A stretch of DNA of 35,512 bases from an uncultured Coriobacteriaceae bacterium (GCA_902783925.1 CACZSV010000167.1:1-35512), one strand, 5' to 3'. Counted from the first letter of the stretch, positions 25,159 through 35,426 are shown. The notes: a model not told the origin generated them from the letters alone. Numbers and translations are program-made.

Positions 25159-25560
25159 TTAGCCAAAGAAAACGCCGATTTCGCGCTCGGCACTTGCGGG
25201 CGAGTCACTCCCGTGGATGACGTTTTCATCCATCGTAAGGCCAAAATCACCGCGGATGGTGCCAGGAGCGGCATCTGCAGGATTGGTCGATCCCATGAGC
25301 TTGCGAACCGTCGCCACAGCGTTCTCGCCGCTCACAACCATCTTCACGACGGGACCGCTCGTAATATAGGAGATGAGACCATCGTAAAAGGGCTTGCCTT
25401 CGTGCTCGGCATAGTTTGCCTTGGCCTGCTCGGCGCTCACCATGCCAAGCTCCATGCGCTCAACAGTCAAGCCAACGCGCTCGAAGCGGTTCACAATCTC
25501 GCCAATATGACCGTTGCGGACGCCGTCGGGTTTGATCATGGTGTAGGTCTTCTCAATCAT
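25159..25560 (-). CDS. ndk: nucleoside-diphosphate kinase
   Basis: 133 aa: EKTYTMIKPDGV...NVIHGSDS (active-site His). Confidence 0.95.
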   Translation of the reverse strand: MIEKTYTMIKPDGVRNGHIGEIVNRFERVGLTVERMELGMVSAEQAKANYAEHEGKPFYDGLISYITSGPVVKMVVSGENAVATVRKLMGSTNPADAAPGTIRGDFGLTMDENVIHGSDSPASAEREIGVFFG

Positions 25561-25636
25561 GTTCTCTGTTTCCTTTCCTTTGTTACATGCAAATGGCGCA
25601 CGGTATCATAACCGCACGCCATCACTATCGCCAACG

Positions 25637-27313
25637 CTATTGTTCGCTTGGGAAATACAATTGAACGTATTCGATGCTCCAGGACGGGCCCTTGCGCGTC
25701 AACACGACCTCATAGTCTATATGGCCGCCTTCCTCAAGCGTCGCATCTACAAAGACTTCCGATTGCGCGGTACTTCGCTTGACGGCTTCGATCTGATGAG
25801 ACTTCAAACCCGCAAGCGAGCTTTCCTGAGCAGCCCTCGTTCCCTTGTCGACGCTTTCCGACCAATACTGCGAGGTGTCCTCACCTTTCTGCACGGCCGT
25901 GAAGAAGTTGTCCGTTACAGTTTCCTGGAGCGGGTAGCCATATCCGAGCACGTACGCCGCGCATGCTGCTGCCGCGAGGAGTATACAGACAATGACGAAG
26001 AAGATAGCGATCTTAAGGCCGCATCCACGCGCTCTGCGCTTCTTGCGACGTCCCTCGCGAGCGCCCTTGTTGATCTCTTGCTCGGTCACGTCGAAGAATG
26101 CCGTGTTTTCGGGCGACGGCATGTGCATCTCCGTCGTCTCCATTTCGTTCGGCTCGCGCGCATCGGCATATTCGTCGCCAAAGTCAAAAGCAACGCCATA
26201 TTCGTAGCCAGGTTCATCGTTGTACGTGAACGGCCGTTCGTCCAGCCCGGAATCGTAGGGCGCCAGCTCGGAGCCCTCTTCGCCTTCCGCAGGCTGCTCG
26301 TCCTCTATTTCAACCCGATCCATGACAACGGTCTCGGCAGTCGAGAAATCTTCGTCGGATTGCTGAGCGTCTGTTTGGGCACCCTCGGCAATACCGAGCT
26401 CCTCATACGCTGCATTGAGCTCATCTTGGTCAACTACATCTGCGCCTGTAGCTGCGTCTTCAGGCGTTTCTGCAGGCTCGTTCGGGTCTTGGGTCTTGGG
26501 AGCAAAGGGGTCATCATTTGCATCCTCGTCCTCCTCTATGCCCGCAACCGCAATGGGCGAGGGGATGTAGCCCGTATCGAGCACACCAGGCACACGCGAG
26601 TCCAGGCGCTCCTTGAGCGTCTTTGCAAGCTCGTAGTCATGCTCAGCCATCGAGGGGAGAGGTTCCCCTTCTTCCTGCGCTTTCTCAAAGGCGTCGAGCG
26701 CCTTGGGGATACGACCCTGCGCCATGTATGCCTGACCGAGATTCGCATACGCTTTTGCACGCGAACGCGTATCCAGATCGAAGTCGATCGCAGTCTCGTA
26801 CGAGGTCACAGCGTCTTCGCTTCTGCCAAGCTCCATAAAGCAAACGCCCAGGTTAATCAGCGATTTTGCCGGAGCGGGATTAGCCGGGTCGAGAGCGGCC
26901 TCTCGATATGCGGCTCCTGCCTCGATCATGTTTCCGAGCTTGAGCTGCGCAGCACCAATACCCGCATACGCCTTATATGGCGTTGTGTAGATGGGATAAT
27001 CGAGCGCGCGGCCGAATGCCTCGAGCGCGTTCTCGTAATCCTTCGTGCCCAAGAGCGCAGTACCCAGGTTCACGTACAGAGACGGCTTGCGCTTTTCCGG
27101 GCTCCCACTCAGAGCCTTGAGAAAATACTCTGCGGCAGAACGCGGGTCGTTGCTCTTTACATAGCAGTTGCCAATGAGGTGATAAAACTTGCTGAGGTCA
27201 GCAGGTGACAATCCGCCCACATCACGCGTGCAGATGATGAAGCCCTCAAGAGCGCGAGAATAGTCGCCCTTTGCATATGCTTCCTGTGCTGCCTTGAATA
27301 CCTCGACGTTCAT
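25637..27313 (-). CDS. TPR-repeat membrane protein with acidic disordered linker and small extracytoplasmic C-terminal domain
   Basis: 558 aa. The first ~240 residues are TPR-like repeats (AxxYxxALxxDP patterns). These are followed by a long D/E-rich region, RRKKRRARG plus a TM (IAIFFVIVCILLAAAACAAYVLG), and a C-terminal domain of about 110 aa. Confidence 0.75.
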   Translation of the reverse strand: MNVEVFKAAQEAYAKGDYSRALEGFIICTRDVGGLSPADLSKFYHLIGNCYVKSNDPRSAAEYFLKALSGSPEKRKPSLYVNLGTALLGTKDYENALEAFGRALDYPIYTTPYKAYAGIGAAQLKLGNMIEAGAAYREAALDPANPAPAKSLINLGVCFMELGRSEDAVTSYETAIDFDLDTRSRAKAYANLGQAYMAQGRIPKALDAFEKAQEEGEPLPSMAEHDYELAKTLKERLDSRVPGVLDTGYIPSPIAVAGIEEDEDANDDPFAPKTQDPNEPAETPEDAATGADVVDQDELNAAYEELGIAEGAQTDAQQSDEDFSTAETVVMDRVEIEDEQPAEGEEGSELAPYDSGLDERPFTYNDEPGYEYGVAFDFGDEYADAREPNEMETTEMHMPSPENTAFFDVTEQEINKGAREGRRKKRRARGCGLKIAIFFVIVCILLAAAACAAYVLGYGYPLQETVTDNFFTAVQKGEDTSQYWSESVDKGTRAAQESSLAGLKSHQIEAVKRSTAQSEVFVDATLEEGGHIDYEVVLTRKGPSWSIEYVQLYFPSEQ

Positions 27314-27352
27314 GTCTAAAAGCTCCCTTTACGGTAGAGCGAATACCATTTG

Positions 27353-27886
27353 CTAATCGTTCGCGTTTTCAATCACGATGCTCTCGATCAAGCTACCCGC
27401 GCGGAGCTTGCCGATCACATCAAGACCTTCGATGGTATCACCGAACACCGTGTAATCGGTGTCGAGAAAATGCTGGGGGCCAAGGCAGAAATAGAACTGG
27501 CTGCCCGCGGAATCCGGCATAGAGCTGCGGGCCATGGCGAGCGTCCCGTCATTATGCAAATTGTTGGGGTTCGTGCGCCACTCTCCCTTGATGCTGTAGC
27601 CGGGGTTGCCGGTACCCGGCGTGCCATCGGGGCCAGGCCTGCCTGCAGCGACTTCCGCCTGTGTCATATTGCGCGTATTGGGGCAGCCGCCCTGGATGAC
27701 GAAGCCCGGTACATAGCGGTGGAATTTAAGACCGTCGTAGTAGCCTTTCTGAGCAAGCTCGACAAAATTGCCGACGTGGATAGGGGCGTCTTCGCCGTGC
27801 AGCTGTACGCGAATCGTACCTTCATCCGTCGTGATTACAGCGACTTCTGAGCCGTTCGGCTTATATTGAGGCGTATAGAGAGCCAT
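27353..27886 (-). CDS. cyclophilin-type peptidyl-prolyl cis-trans isomerase
   Basis: The ATG at 27886 has a perfect AGGAGG RBS; the track ORF is over-extended. Motifs: HVGNFVELAQKGYYDGLKFHRYVPGFVIQGG and GTLAMAR...SQFYF. Confidence 0.92.
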   Translation of the reverse strand: MALYTPQYKPNGSEVAVITTDEGTIRVQLHGEDAPIHVGNFVELAQKGYYDGLKFHRYVPGFVIQGGCPNTRNMTQAEVAAGRPGPDGTPGTGNPGYSIKGEWRTNPNNLHNDGTLAMARSSMPDSAGSQFYFCLGPQHFLDTDYTVFGDTIEGLDVIGKLRAGSLIESIVIENAND

Positions 27887-28042
27887 GTTTCCTCCTGAAT
27901 TGGCGATATTCCATAAACTCAATGATTTTAGACGATATGCGCGAACAGGGCAAAAGTTGCTGCAGCCCACATATAAAGACGCACGCAAATGACATGCTTG
28001 CGAGGAACGCCGGTTCATGCTGACGACTCACTGCAAAAAGAA

Positions 28043-28119
28043 TGGCGCCCCCTGCGGGATTCGAACCCACGGCCTTCTGCTCCGGAGGCAGACGCTCTAT
28101 CCAGCTGAGCTAAGGGGAC
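28043..28119 (-). tRNA. tRNA-Arg (anticodon CCG)
   Basis: The reverse strand folds as a cloverleaf. Acceptor stem GTCCCCT/AGGGGGC. D arm GCTCAGCTGGATAGAGC. Anticodon stem TCTGC/GCAGA with loop CTCCGGA. T arm GTGGGTTCGAATCCCGC. Discriminator G and an encoded CCA. Confidence 0.92.
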
Positions 28120-28151
28120 GCGCAAGTAGGTAATCTATCACAAAACGTAGC

Positions 28152-29474
28152 CTACTGCGTAAGTAACGCCACCGTCTCCACATGGTACGTTTGAGGAAAC
28201 AGGTCGACGGGGGTCACACGCTCGAGACTGTATCCACCTGCAAGCAGCTGCGCAAGATCTCGTGCCAGCGTTGTGGGATTACACGAGACATATGCAATTG
28301 CACGAGCCCCCGTGGATAGCAGACCTTCAATCGCCTTGGCCCCAAGGCCGCTGCGCGGCGGATCCACGACCACCTTGTCCGGACTCCCAAGGCCCGAGAG
28401 CTCACGCGCAGCATCTCCACCGATAACTTGAGCAGCAAGATCGTTGCGTTCGAGATTTCGCCGCAAATCCCTGACAGAGGAAGAGGCAGATTCCACGGCA
28501 GCCACCCTGTGAGCCATATGCGCCAACGGAAGCGTGAAGGTCCCCGCTCCCGAATATAGGTCGAGCACAAAATCGAGGCCGTCAGGTTGCAGATAATCCA
28601 TAACCAAGTTAATGAGTGTTTCTGCTCCCGGCGTGTTGACTTGGAAAAACGATGGCGCAGAAAGCCGCATAATGCGCCCGGCAATTTCTTCAGACCAACA
28701 TCCTGCACCTTTAAGGGATTCCACGCCAGCAACCTTGCGTGTCTTGACCGCATCTTTGAGAAGTACACGCGCAACACCAACGCCCTTGACGGCAAGCGCT
28801 TCACCGACAATTTGCGCAACACGCGCACGCGGAAAACGCCCCGCGTTGGTCCAAAGCGCGACTTCGGCACTTCCCGTGCGCTCTGAAAAACGTACGCCCA
28901 CCCGCTCGATACCAAGGCTTTGCTGTCCTGCGGCAAAACGCAGCGCCCCCGTGAGCGCCTTTGGAGCAGCTTCGAGCTTTTTGCTGCAGAGCTTGCATGC
29001 AGCAAGGGGGACAAAACTCCCCTGCCGCGCATGCATGCCAAGGGCAAAACGTCCGGCCACATCCTGGCCTACTTCAAATTCTACTTTGTTGCGATAATTG
29101 AGCAGCCGTTTGCTCGGCACGCAAACGTCAACAAGCTTCTCTACCTGGACCTGTTCCATATGCCCGATGCGAGTGAGCGCATCGACCACGAACTGGCGCT
29201 TCCAACGCAACTGTTCGTCATAGACGAGCTGCGCCCATGGGCAGCCGCCGCAGCGCTGCGCATCAGAGCAAACGCATTGGGCCCTGTGCTCGGATTGCTG
29301 CTCGAGTTTTCGCACGCGCGGACGGACAAAGCGGTCCTTTACGTCAGCATATTCGACCTGACAAACGTCGCCGGGAAACACTCCGGCCACAAACGCGACG
29401 CGCCCATCAGACACGCGTCCGACCCCATCGCCGCCGTAGGCCAGTGAATCAATATGAATCTCTTCTGTTTTCAT
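28152..29474 (-). CDS. TRAM-domain, Fe-S cluster RNA (uracil-C5)-methyltransferase, RumA/RlmD/TrmA family
   Basis: The ATG at 29474 (MKTEEIHIDSLAYGGDGVGRV, TRAM) is preferred, because the longer track ORF would run through a terminator hairpin. Cys cluster CVCSDAQRCGGCPW. SAM motif VLDLYSGAGTFTL. VVDPPRSG. Catalytic YVSCNPTTLARD. Confidence 0.88.
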   Translation of the reverse strand: MKTEEIHIDSLAYGGDGVGRVSDGRVAFVAGVFPGDVCQVEYADVKDRFVRPRVRKLEQQSEHRAQCVCSDAQRCGGCPWAQLVYDEQLRWKRQFVVDALTRIGHMEQVQVEKLVDVCVPSKRLLNYRNKVEFEVGQDVAGRFALGMHARQGSFVPLAACKLCSKKLEAAPKALTGALRFAAGQQSLGIERVGVRFSERTGSAEVALWTNAGRFPRARVAQIVGEALAVKGVGVARVLLKDAVKTRKVAGVESLKGAGCWSEEIAGRIMRLSAPSFFQVNTPGAETLINLVMDYLQPDGLDFVLDLYSGAGTFTLPLAHMAHRVAAVESASSSVRDLRRNLERNDLAAQVIGGDAARELSGLGSPDKVVVDPPRSGLGAKAIEGLLSTGARAIAYVSCNPTTLARDLAQLLAGGYSLERVTPVDLFPQTYHVETVALLTQ

Positions 29475-29501
29475 GCGAAGCATTCTACTGCATGCAGCCC
29501 A

Positions 29502-29545
29502 AAAGAAATGCCCCGGCCTCTCAACGAGCACCGGGGCATTTCTTT
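29502..29545 (-). terminator. rho-independent terminator-like hairpin downstream of the ferredoxin gene
   Basis: AAAGAAATGCCCCGG (29502..29516) pairs with CCGGGGCATTTCTTT (29531..29545), with a 14-nt loop. On the minus strand the GC-rich stem is followed by ATTTCTTTT. Confidence 0.6.
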
Positions 29546-29562
29546 AGCAGACGCGCCTGATG

Positions 29563-29730
29563 CTATAGGCTCAAGGCGTCAACCGGGCATGTAGACGTGC
29601 AAGAACCGCAATCGATGCACTCGTCAGCATTGACTTCTGCGTGTTCGTTGATGGTCAAAGCGTCGACAGGGCAGGCGTCGGCGCATGCACCACAAGCGAT
29701 GCAAGCATCCTGATCAATCTGTACAGCCAT
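29563..29730 (-). CDS. 2x[4Fe-4S] ferredoxin, 55 aa
   Basis: Below the ORF-track size cutoff. The ATG at 29730 has an AGGAGG RBS. MAVQIDQDACIACGACADACPVDALTINEHAEVNADECIDCGSCTSTCPVDALSL carries two CxxCxxCxxxCP motifs. Confidence 0.88.
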   Translation of the reverse strand: MAVQIDQDACIACGACADACPVDALTINEHAEVNADECIDCGSCTSTCPVDALSL

Positions 29731-29825
29731 GATGTACCTCCTATTCGCACTGCATGTACAGCGCTCTCTCTTGCTTGAAATATCTCAAGCAAGTGGATTA
29801 TACCCACCGTTTGGGGATTGTGCCA

Positions 29826-31097
29826 TTACCGCCCAGCGAGCGGAATACATACGGTGAAAGTCGTTCCCTGCACGTCACTTTTCACATCGATACTGCCCTT
29901 GTGCATCTCGGCAGTCGATTTGGCGATAGAGAGCCCCAGGCCAAAGCTCGTAGACTCGCCTTCATGTACGCGTGCCTTGTCCGAACGGTAGAAACGGTCG
30001 AAGACGTGCGGCAGGTCCTCTGCGGGAATCGGATCTCCCGAATTATGCACGGTGAGCACCGCGTCGTTTTTGCGCTGGTGAAGCCCCACGTTGATAACGC
30101 CTGGCTTCCTTGAATATTTGCACGCGTTTTCCAAGAGCGTTTTCACCATATTCTCCAAGCGCAGCCCATCTCCGATCACGCTCAGACCGCCTTCGACGTC
30201 TTCTTCGATGCTGAGCCCGCGCTCGAAAGCAACCGCATCAAATTGAAGCGTTTGCATTTCCACCAAAGAGCTCAGATCGACCTCGGACATGATCTGCGTC
30301 ATATCGATGCCGGCATCTGCCTGCGCCAACGAGAGCATATCCTCCGTGAGCTGCTGCATACGACTTGCCTCGGCACTGATGCCCTCAATCCACGTGCTCT
30401 GCTCACCAACAGTCTTTTGAGGATCTTCAGCAAGGATGGTTGCGTCTGCCATGATAATCGTGAGGGGAGTTTTGAGCTCGTGGCTCGCGTCCGCAATAAA
30501 GCGCTGCTGCTCTTTCCACGCCTTTTCTACCGGGCGTGCGACATAGCGTGACAAAAAGAGCGTGATGAAGAAAATGGCGAGCATGAGCACGAGCCAAAAG
30601 CCCAGAAGCATCAGCGCGTTTTGGCCCACCTGCTCTGTGACGGTGCTCGTACTCGCAAACGCAATGCGATACCCCGTCATGTTCGTGTTCACCTTGTAAT
30701 ACAGGCCATAGGCAGCAAGCGTTCCCTGCTCGTTTCCTCTTGCAAGCACTTCTGCAACCGCCTGTTGCGCAATCGAGCTATCCATCTGCGCGGTGCTCGA
30801 TGAGTTCACGATAATATGCTCAGGGTCGCCATAATATACGGTTACGCTATACACGGGTATTCGGTTGTGAGCAAACCCGCGTCCGCCGTTCTGGCGCCCA
30901 TCACCACCCCTGCCCAAATCTGGCAGGTCGTCTACGCCAAACATCTCCCCCTCGGTTTCGTGAGCGAGCGTGCCATCCACCTGGCTTTTGACATCCCGGT
31001 AATTCATGACGCCTATTGCGGCAAACGCCACAAGCGATACGATGCCCACAAGGACCATCGTGATAATGATGAAGCGCGTCTTGAAGCGTTTAATCAT
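29826..31097 (-). CDS. sensor histidine kinase (two TM, extracytoplasmic loop, HisKA plus HATPase_c)
   Basis: 423 aa with an H-box (FIADASHELKTPLT), an N-box (LLENACKYS) and G-boxes (HNSGDPI, GLGLSIAKS). Confidence 0.9.
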   Translation of the reverse strand: MIKRFKTRFIIITMVLVGIVSLVAFAAIGVMNYRDVKSQVDGTLAHETEGEMFGVDDLPDLGRGGDGRQNGGRGFAHNRIPVYSVTVYYGDPEHIIVNSSSTAQMDSSIAQQAVAEVLARGNEQGTLAAYGLYYKVNTNMTGYRIAFASTSTVTEQVGQNALMLLGFWLVLMLAIFFITLFLSRYVARPVEKAWKEQQRFIADASHELKTPLTIIMADATILAEDPQKTVGEQSTWIEGISAEASRMQQLTEDMLSLAQADAGIDMTQIMSEVDLSSLVEMQTLQFDAVAFERGLSIEEDVEGGLSVIGDGLRLENMVKTLLENACKYSRKPGVINVGLHQRKNDAVLTVHNSGDPIPAEDLPHVFDRFYRSDKARVHEGESTSFGLGLSIAKSTAEMHKGSIDVKSDVQGTTFTVCIPLAGR

Positions 31098-31123
31098 TGG
31101 CCTGCACGTCCTGATATGTTGGG

Positions 31124-31795
31124 TTAGGAGATTTCAAGGCGATACCCGACTTTACGCTGCGTAGCAATTTGCACCGTCGATTGCACGTATTTGAGTTTTT
31201 TTCGAAGAAACGAGATATAGGCCTCCACGTTATTATCCCCGGCGTCGGATTCTATGCCCCAGATACGCACAATAAGCGTTTCTTTGGGAATCGTGCGGCC
31301 CGCATTCTGCATGAGCAGCTGCAACACCTCAAACTCCTTATACGAGAGCCTCACCGTTTTATCTGCACATGAAAGGTCATACGTCGAAAGGTTCAGCGTG
31401 AGGTCCCCACAGCTCAGCTCGTCGATAATCACCTCACCCTGGCGCCTTGTCAGTGCGCGCAGGCGGGCGAGCAACTCGGCGGGCTGAAAGGGCTTGGTCA
31501 TATAGTCATCTGCCCCGGCATCCAGACCCGTTACCTTGTCGCTGAGCGATGTACGCGCCGTAAGCATGATGGTCGGCGTGTTGTCTCCGCGACGGCGCAT
31601 TTCCTTGACGATATCGAAGCCGTTCACCCCGGGAAGCATGACATCGCAGACAAATACGTCATAGTCTTCGGCTTCTGTATACGCGAGCGCGTCATTGCCG
31701 TTATACACGACATCAACCTGATATTTATGTTCTTTTAGAATCTCGGCGATTGCATTTGCCAAGCGTTTTTCGTCTTCTGCTATGAGCACATTCAT
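31124..31795 (-). CDS. OmpR/PhoB-family response regulator
   Basis: The ATG at 31795 (MNVLIAEDE) has a GAGGGAG RBS. Receiver domain (DVFVCDVMLPGVNG, LTAR, KPF) plus a winged-helix C-terminal domain (LSYKEFEVLQLLM...VGYRL). Confidence 0.92.
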   Translation of the reverse strand: MNVLIAEDEKRLANAIAEILKEHKYQVDVVYNGNDALAYTEAEDYDVFVCDVMLPGVNGFDIVKEMRRRGDNTPTIMLTARTSLSDKVTGLDAGADDYMTKPFQPAELLARLRALTRRQGEVIIDELSCGDLTLNLSTYDLSCADKTVRLSYKEFEVLQLLMQNAGRTIPKETLIVRIWGIESDAGDNNVEAYISFLRKKLKYVQSTVQIATQRKVGYRLEIS

Positions 31796-31988
31796 GAAAG
31801 CTCCCTCACACATCCCAGCGACTCCCCAATTGTAGCTGCAAGTCTATCGCGACATCCTGAAGCTTTTCTGAAATGCGAGACGAGTCGGCAGCACGCTCCT
31901 CGCGGCTCATCCCAACGCTTGTTTCAGAGACCGATTTTATGAATAAAACACCGATAGTACACGGCGCGTACGCTTTTTTTGCGTCATA

Positions 31989-34169
31989 ATGTGCCCGTGC
32001 TCACAAAATGAGGAGGCCGTATTGCTTTCGTCCAAACGTAACCGTAAACGTCGCTATAAAGGACAGCGCCGCTCAGTGAAATTCGTGACGATCGTGGGGG
32101 CGATCGTCGGAATATGCATTTTGTCATTCGCAAGCGTCTGCGTAATCGGGGCGACATGGCTCACCAAACTCCCTGACTACAGCAATATCAGCTCGTATGC
32201 GAACACGGGCATCACGACCATCTACGCAAGCGACCGACAAACAGTGCTTGCTCGCCTCTATCTGGAAAACCGCATCGAGGTAACCAAGGACGAAGTGTCT
32301 CCCTACGTACTCCAAGGCACTATCGCCACAGAGGACGAGCGATTCTACGAGCATGGTGGAATCGACCCCATTGGCATCGCACGCGCAGTTTTTGTCAACG
32401 CGTCTTCGGGCGGCGCGTCAGAGGGAGCATCGACGATCACGCAGCAGCTCGTGCGCAACACCGTTTTGCTCGACGAAATGACAGATATAACCCTCAAGCG
32501 CAAGGTACGCGAAATGTACATTGCGCTCCAGGTCGAACAGCAATATTCCAAAGACGATATCCTGATGATGTATATCAATGTGGTTAATTACGGCGATCTC
32601 TGTTACGGCGTTGAGGCGGCGAGCCGCGACTACTTTGGCAAGCACGCCTCGGAGCTCACGCTTTCCGAGGCTGCTCTGCTCGTCGGCATTCCGCAATCCC
32701 CAACCGCCAACAACCCACGCGAACACATGGACAAGGCCATGGCGCGCCGCGAGGTCGTGCTCGACCGCATGCTGCGCAACGGATACATTACGCAGCAAGA
32801 ACACGACGCTGCGCTTGCAGAAACGCCGGTTTTGGCGGAGCGCAATAGGACCGATGACAGCGTTTCCAACATTGCTCCTTACTTTGTCGACTATGTAAAG
32901 CAAGAGCTCTCGGAAAACGCGCAGTTCCCCGCAACGGAAGTCGCCCATGGCGGACTTAACGTCTACACGACCCTCGATGTCAAGGCGCAGCAAGCTGCCA
33001 ACAGCGCTGTAGAGGAGAATATGCGCTGGCGCGATTCCGGACTCGACGCGTCCTTGTCCTCGGTGAACCCGGATACCGGCGAAATCGTCGCCATGGTCGG
33101 TGGCAGAAATTACGAGAAAGACCAATTCAACCTCGCCACGCAAATGCGCCGACAAGCTGGTTCTTCGTTCAAGACCTTTACCCTGCTTGCGGCTCTCGAC
33201 GCGGGCATGGATCCGGACAATACGTATATCAATTCCAGCAGTCCCATCGTCATTAGTAACACGTGGACCGTGCGCAATTCGGAAGGCCATGGCTCTGGCG
33301 ATATGAGCCTCACGAGAGCAACCACGAATTCTGTGAATACCGTCTTCGCGCGCGTCTGTCATGCGTTAGGCGCCAAGAAAGTCGCCGAGATGGCACATGC
33401 ATGCGGTATTAAATCCGAGCTTGAGGAATACGACACGATCACCCTTGGCGCAAGCGGGGTGAACACGCTTGAGATGGCCAATGCGTACGCGACCATCGCA
33501 AACGGCGGCTACTACCACGAGCCCATCTGCGTAAGCGAGATAACGAACGCCGATGGCGGCACGATATACAAGCACGAAAACACTCAGGGCACGCGCGTTA
33601 TATCCGCAGCTGTCGCTCAAAAGGCAACCGAAGTCCTCGAAACGGTTGTCACAAGCGGCACAGGTACCAGTGCAGCCTTATGGAACGGACAAGACTGCGC
33701 CGGCAAAACCGGCACCTCCGAATATGGCCGCGATCTTTGGTTCTGCGGATTCACGCCCCAGTACTCGACGGCAGTCTGGGTTGGGTATCGCACGGAAACC
33801 CAGACGTATATGTATGGCGGCAGCGCCTGCGGACCTATTTGGCGCGATTACATGATGACAGTTCTCGAAGGCGTGAAAAGCAAGGACTTTCCCAAGACAA
33901 ACGAGAAAATTGTCTACAAGAAGAGCTCTACCTGGAATTTCAATAAAGACGTCACGGTAACCGGCGGTGACGACTACAATTACCGTGACGAGGATGAGTC
34001 TCCATCACCTTCGAAGGCCGAGGCAACTCCGACACCCGAACCGACACCGACACCGACACCAACACCTACACCCGAACCGACACCGACGCCAACACCCGAA
34101 CCGACACCGGGACCGGACACGGGCGGCGGTGGCGAAAGCGGAGGCCAAGACCAGAAGCCAGAAGGCTAG
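31989..34169 (+). CDS. class A penicillin-binding protein (GT51 glycosyltransferase plus transpeptidase) with Pro/Thr-rich C-terminal tail
   Basis: EDERFYEHGGID, GASTITQQL and RKVREM (GT51). SSFK and KTGT (transpeptidase). C-terminal TPTPEPTPTPTPTPTPEPTPTPTPEPTP. The start may instead be the TTG at 32022, with AGGAGG 5 nt upstream. Confidence 0.92.
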   Translation: MCPCSQNEEAVLLSSKRNRKRRYKGQRRSVKFVTIVGAIVGICILSFASVCVIGATWLTKLPDYSNISSYANTGITTIYASDRQTVLARLYLENRIEVTKDEVSPYVLQGTIATEDERFYEHGGIDPIGIARAVFVNASSGGASEGASTITQQLVRNTVLLDEMTDITLKRKVREMYIALQVEQQYSKDDILMMYINVVNYGDLCYGVEAASRDYFGKHASELTLSEAALLVGIPQSPTANNPREHMDKAMARREVVLDRMLRNGYITQQEHDAALAETPVLAERNRTDDSVSNIAPYFVDYVKQELSENAQFPATEVAHGGLNVYTTLDVKAQQAANSAVEENMRWRDSGLDASLSSVNPDTGEIVAMVGGRNYEKDQFNLATQMRRQAGSSFKTFTLLAALDAGMDPDNTYINSSSPIVISNTWTVRNSEGHGSGDMSLTRATTNSVNTVFARVCHALGAKKVAEMAHACGIKSELEEYDTITLGASGVNTLEMANAYATIANGGYYHEPICVSEITNADGGTIYKHENTQGTRVISAAVAQKATEVLETVVTSGTGTSAALWNGQDCAGKTGTSEYGRDLWFCGFTPQYSTAVWVGYRTETQTYMYGGSACGPIWRDYMMTVLEGVKSKDFPKTNEKIVYKKSSTWNFNKDVTVTGGDDYNYRDEDESPSPSKAEATPTPEPTPTPTPTPTPEPTPTPTPEPTPGPDTGGGGESGGQDQKPEG

Positions 34170-34224
34170 CGATAGATGACACTCGCCTGAGTCGGCAAGA
34201 CAAAATGAACTTCATGTGAAGTCT

Positions 34225-35181
34225 CTAGAATTTGTTCAGTAAGACCATCCACCTAAGCCGGGTGGTATGCACGTTCGTCGTCATCATGATGTCTCTGCGC
34301 CTGAATAGAAAGCGGCGAGCCTTACCGGATTCACGGCGAGCCGCTACAGCCTCCACGAGCTTTGCCGTATCCGAGTCCATTTCCTGCTTGTATTCGCGCA
34401 GAAGCGCAAGTGCCATCTTGGTGTACTTTTCCGAAGTTTCCGGGGCTCCGTGACCAGGCTCTCGAGTAGCTTTCTTCGCGATAGACTCACGTGAACGACC
34501 CTCGTTCATATTCCCGACCGTATTCGAATCGGTGATTCTCCGATCAACATAGCTGTGTCGCAAATCGCAATACACATAGCCGCCGCAATACAGCGCAACG
34601 GCATGAATCCACGCATCGTATGTTCGTTCAAAGTCGTATACGGGATGCTGCCTCAGAAGCTTGATTAACGCCCCGTTCATGAGCATCGTGCAACCCAGAC
34701 ACCAGTTCTGTACAAGAAGCAGACTTCCCGTGTGGTCTGCGCAGACTTCGTAGGGAAGATACTCGTTGCCTAAAACACTGCCCTGTTCATCCACGTCGGT
34801 AACGCCGGCATAATAGAGCTCTGCCCGGCTCGTGTTGGCAGAAATATGCGCAGCGGCCGCAGCGAGCTTGTCTAGATGCCATACGTCATCTTGATTGGCG
34901 ATGGCAAAGTAGTCGTATTCATCTGCCGGGGCATCGTACACCAAATCCATGAAATTGCGGAGACTGCCCTTGTTCTGCGTGTTGTAGATAATCTCGATAT
35001 TCGCATGTTCACTTGCATACGTTTCCAGAATTCTGAACGTATTATCAGTTGAACAATCGTCGCTAATACGTAGCGTAACGTCGACGCCCTCTTGGCACAG
35101 AATGCTATCGAGCTGCTCTGCCAGATAGCTCTGCCCGTTAAATGTGGCCATAAGAACAAGTATGCGTGGCGCTTTTGCCAT
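34225..35181 (-). CDS. family 2 glycosyltransferase (rhamnosyltransferase-like)
   Basis: The ATG at 35181 (MAKAPRILVLMATFNGQSYLAEQLDSILCQ...RISDDCSTD...ANQDDVW) shows GT-A fold DxD-type motifs. The track ORF is slightly over-extended. Confidence 0.8.
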   Translation of the reverse strand: MAKAPRILVLMATFNGQSYLAEQLDSILCQEGVDVTLRISDDCSTDNTFRILETYASEHANIEIIYNTQNKGSLRNFMDLVYDAPADEYDYFAIANQDDVWHLDKLAAAAAHISANTSRAELYYAGVTDVDEQGSVLGNEYLPYEVCADHTGSLLLVQNWCLGCTMLMNGALIKLLRQHPVYDFERTYDAWIHAVALYCGGYVYCDLRHSYVDRRITDSNTVGNMNEGRSRESIAKKATREPGHGAPETSEKYTKMALALLREYKQEMDSDTAKLVEAVAARRESGKARRFLFRRRDIMMTTNVHTTRLRWMVLLNKF

Positions 35182-35426
35182 GGTCAGTCTCCGGTCCTGC
35201 CAAATGCGTCCAACAATCCGAGCAGCGCGCATGCGCTAAACGCCGAGACAAGCGGACACAGCGCGCTCCCATAATAGTAATACGCAATGGGATTAAACGA
35301 AGAAACTCGTGAATATGCAAGCCCGCAAGCGAAAGCAAGCTGTCAAAAAACGCGACGAGCTCCATCAGCAGTACGTCCGGATTCCTCGGGCTTCTCCATG
35401 TTTTGAGTGAACTCGTTGCTGAAATC

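Noticed and set aside
25559-27208. A 549-aa plus-strand ORF, the longest unannotated ORF in the window.
   Set aside because: It lies entirely antisense to the TPR protein gene, whose product has clear repeat, TM and domain logic. The translation is Arg/Leu/Cys-rich with no recognisable motif, no RBS, and a start inside the ndk coding region. This is the typical stop-poor shadow frame of high-GC DNA.
35138-35365. A 75-aa minus-strand ORF between the GT2 gene and tRNA-Ser.
   Set aside because: It overlaps the 5' end of the GT2 gene in another frame. It has no RBS and no recognisable motif, so it is probably promoter or leader DNA.
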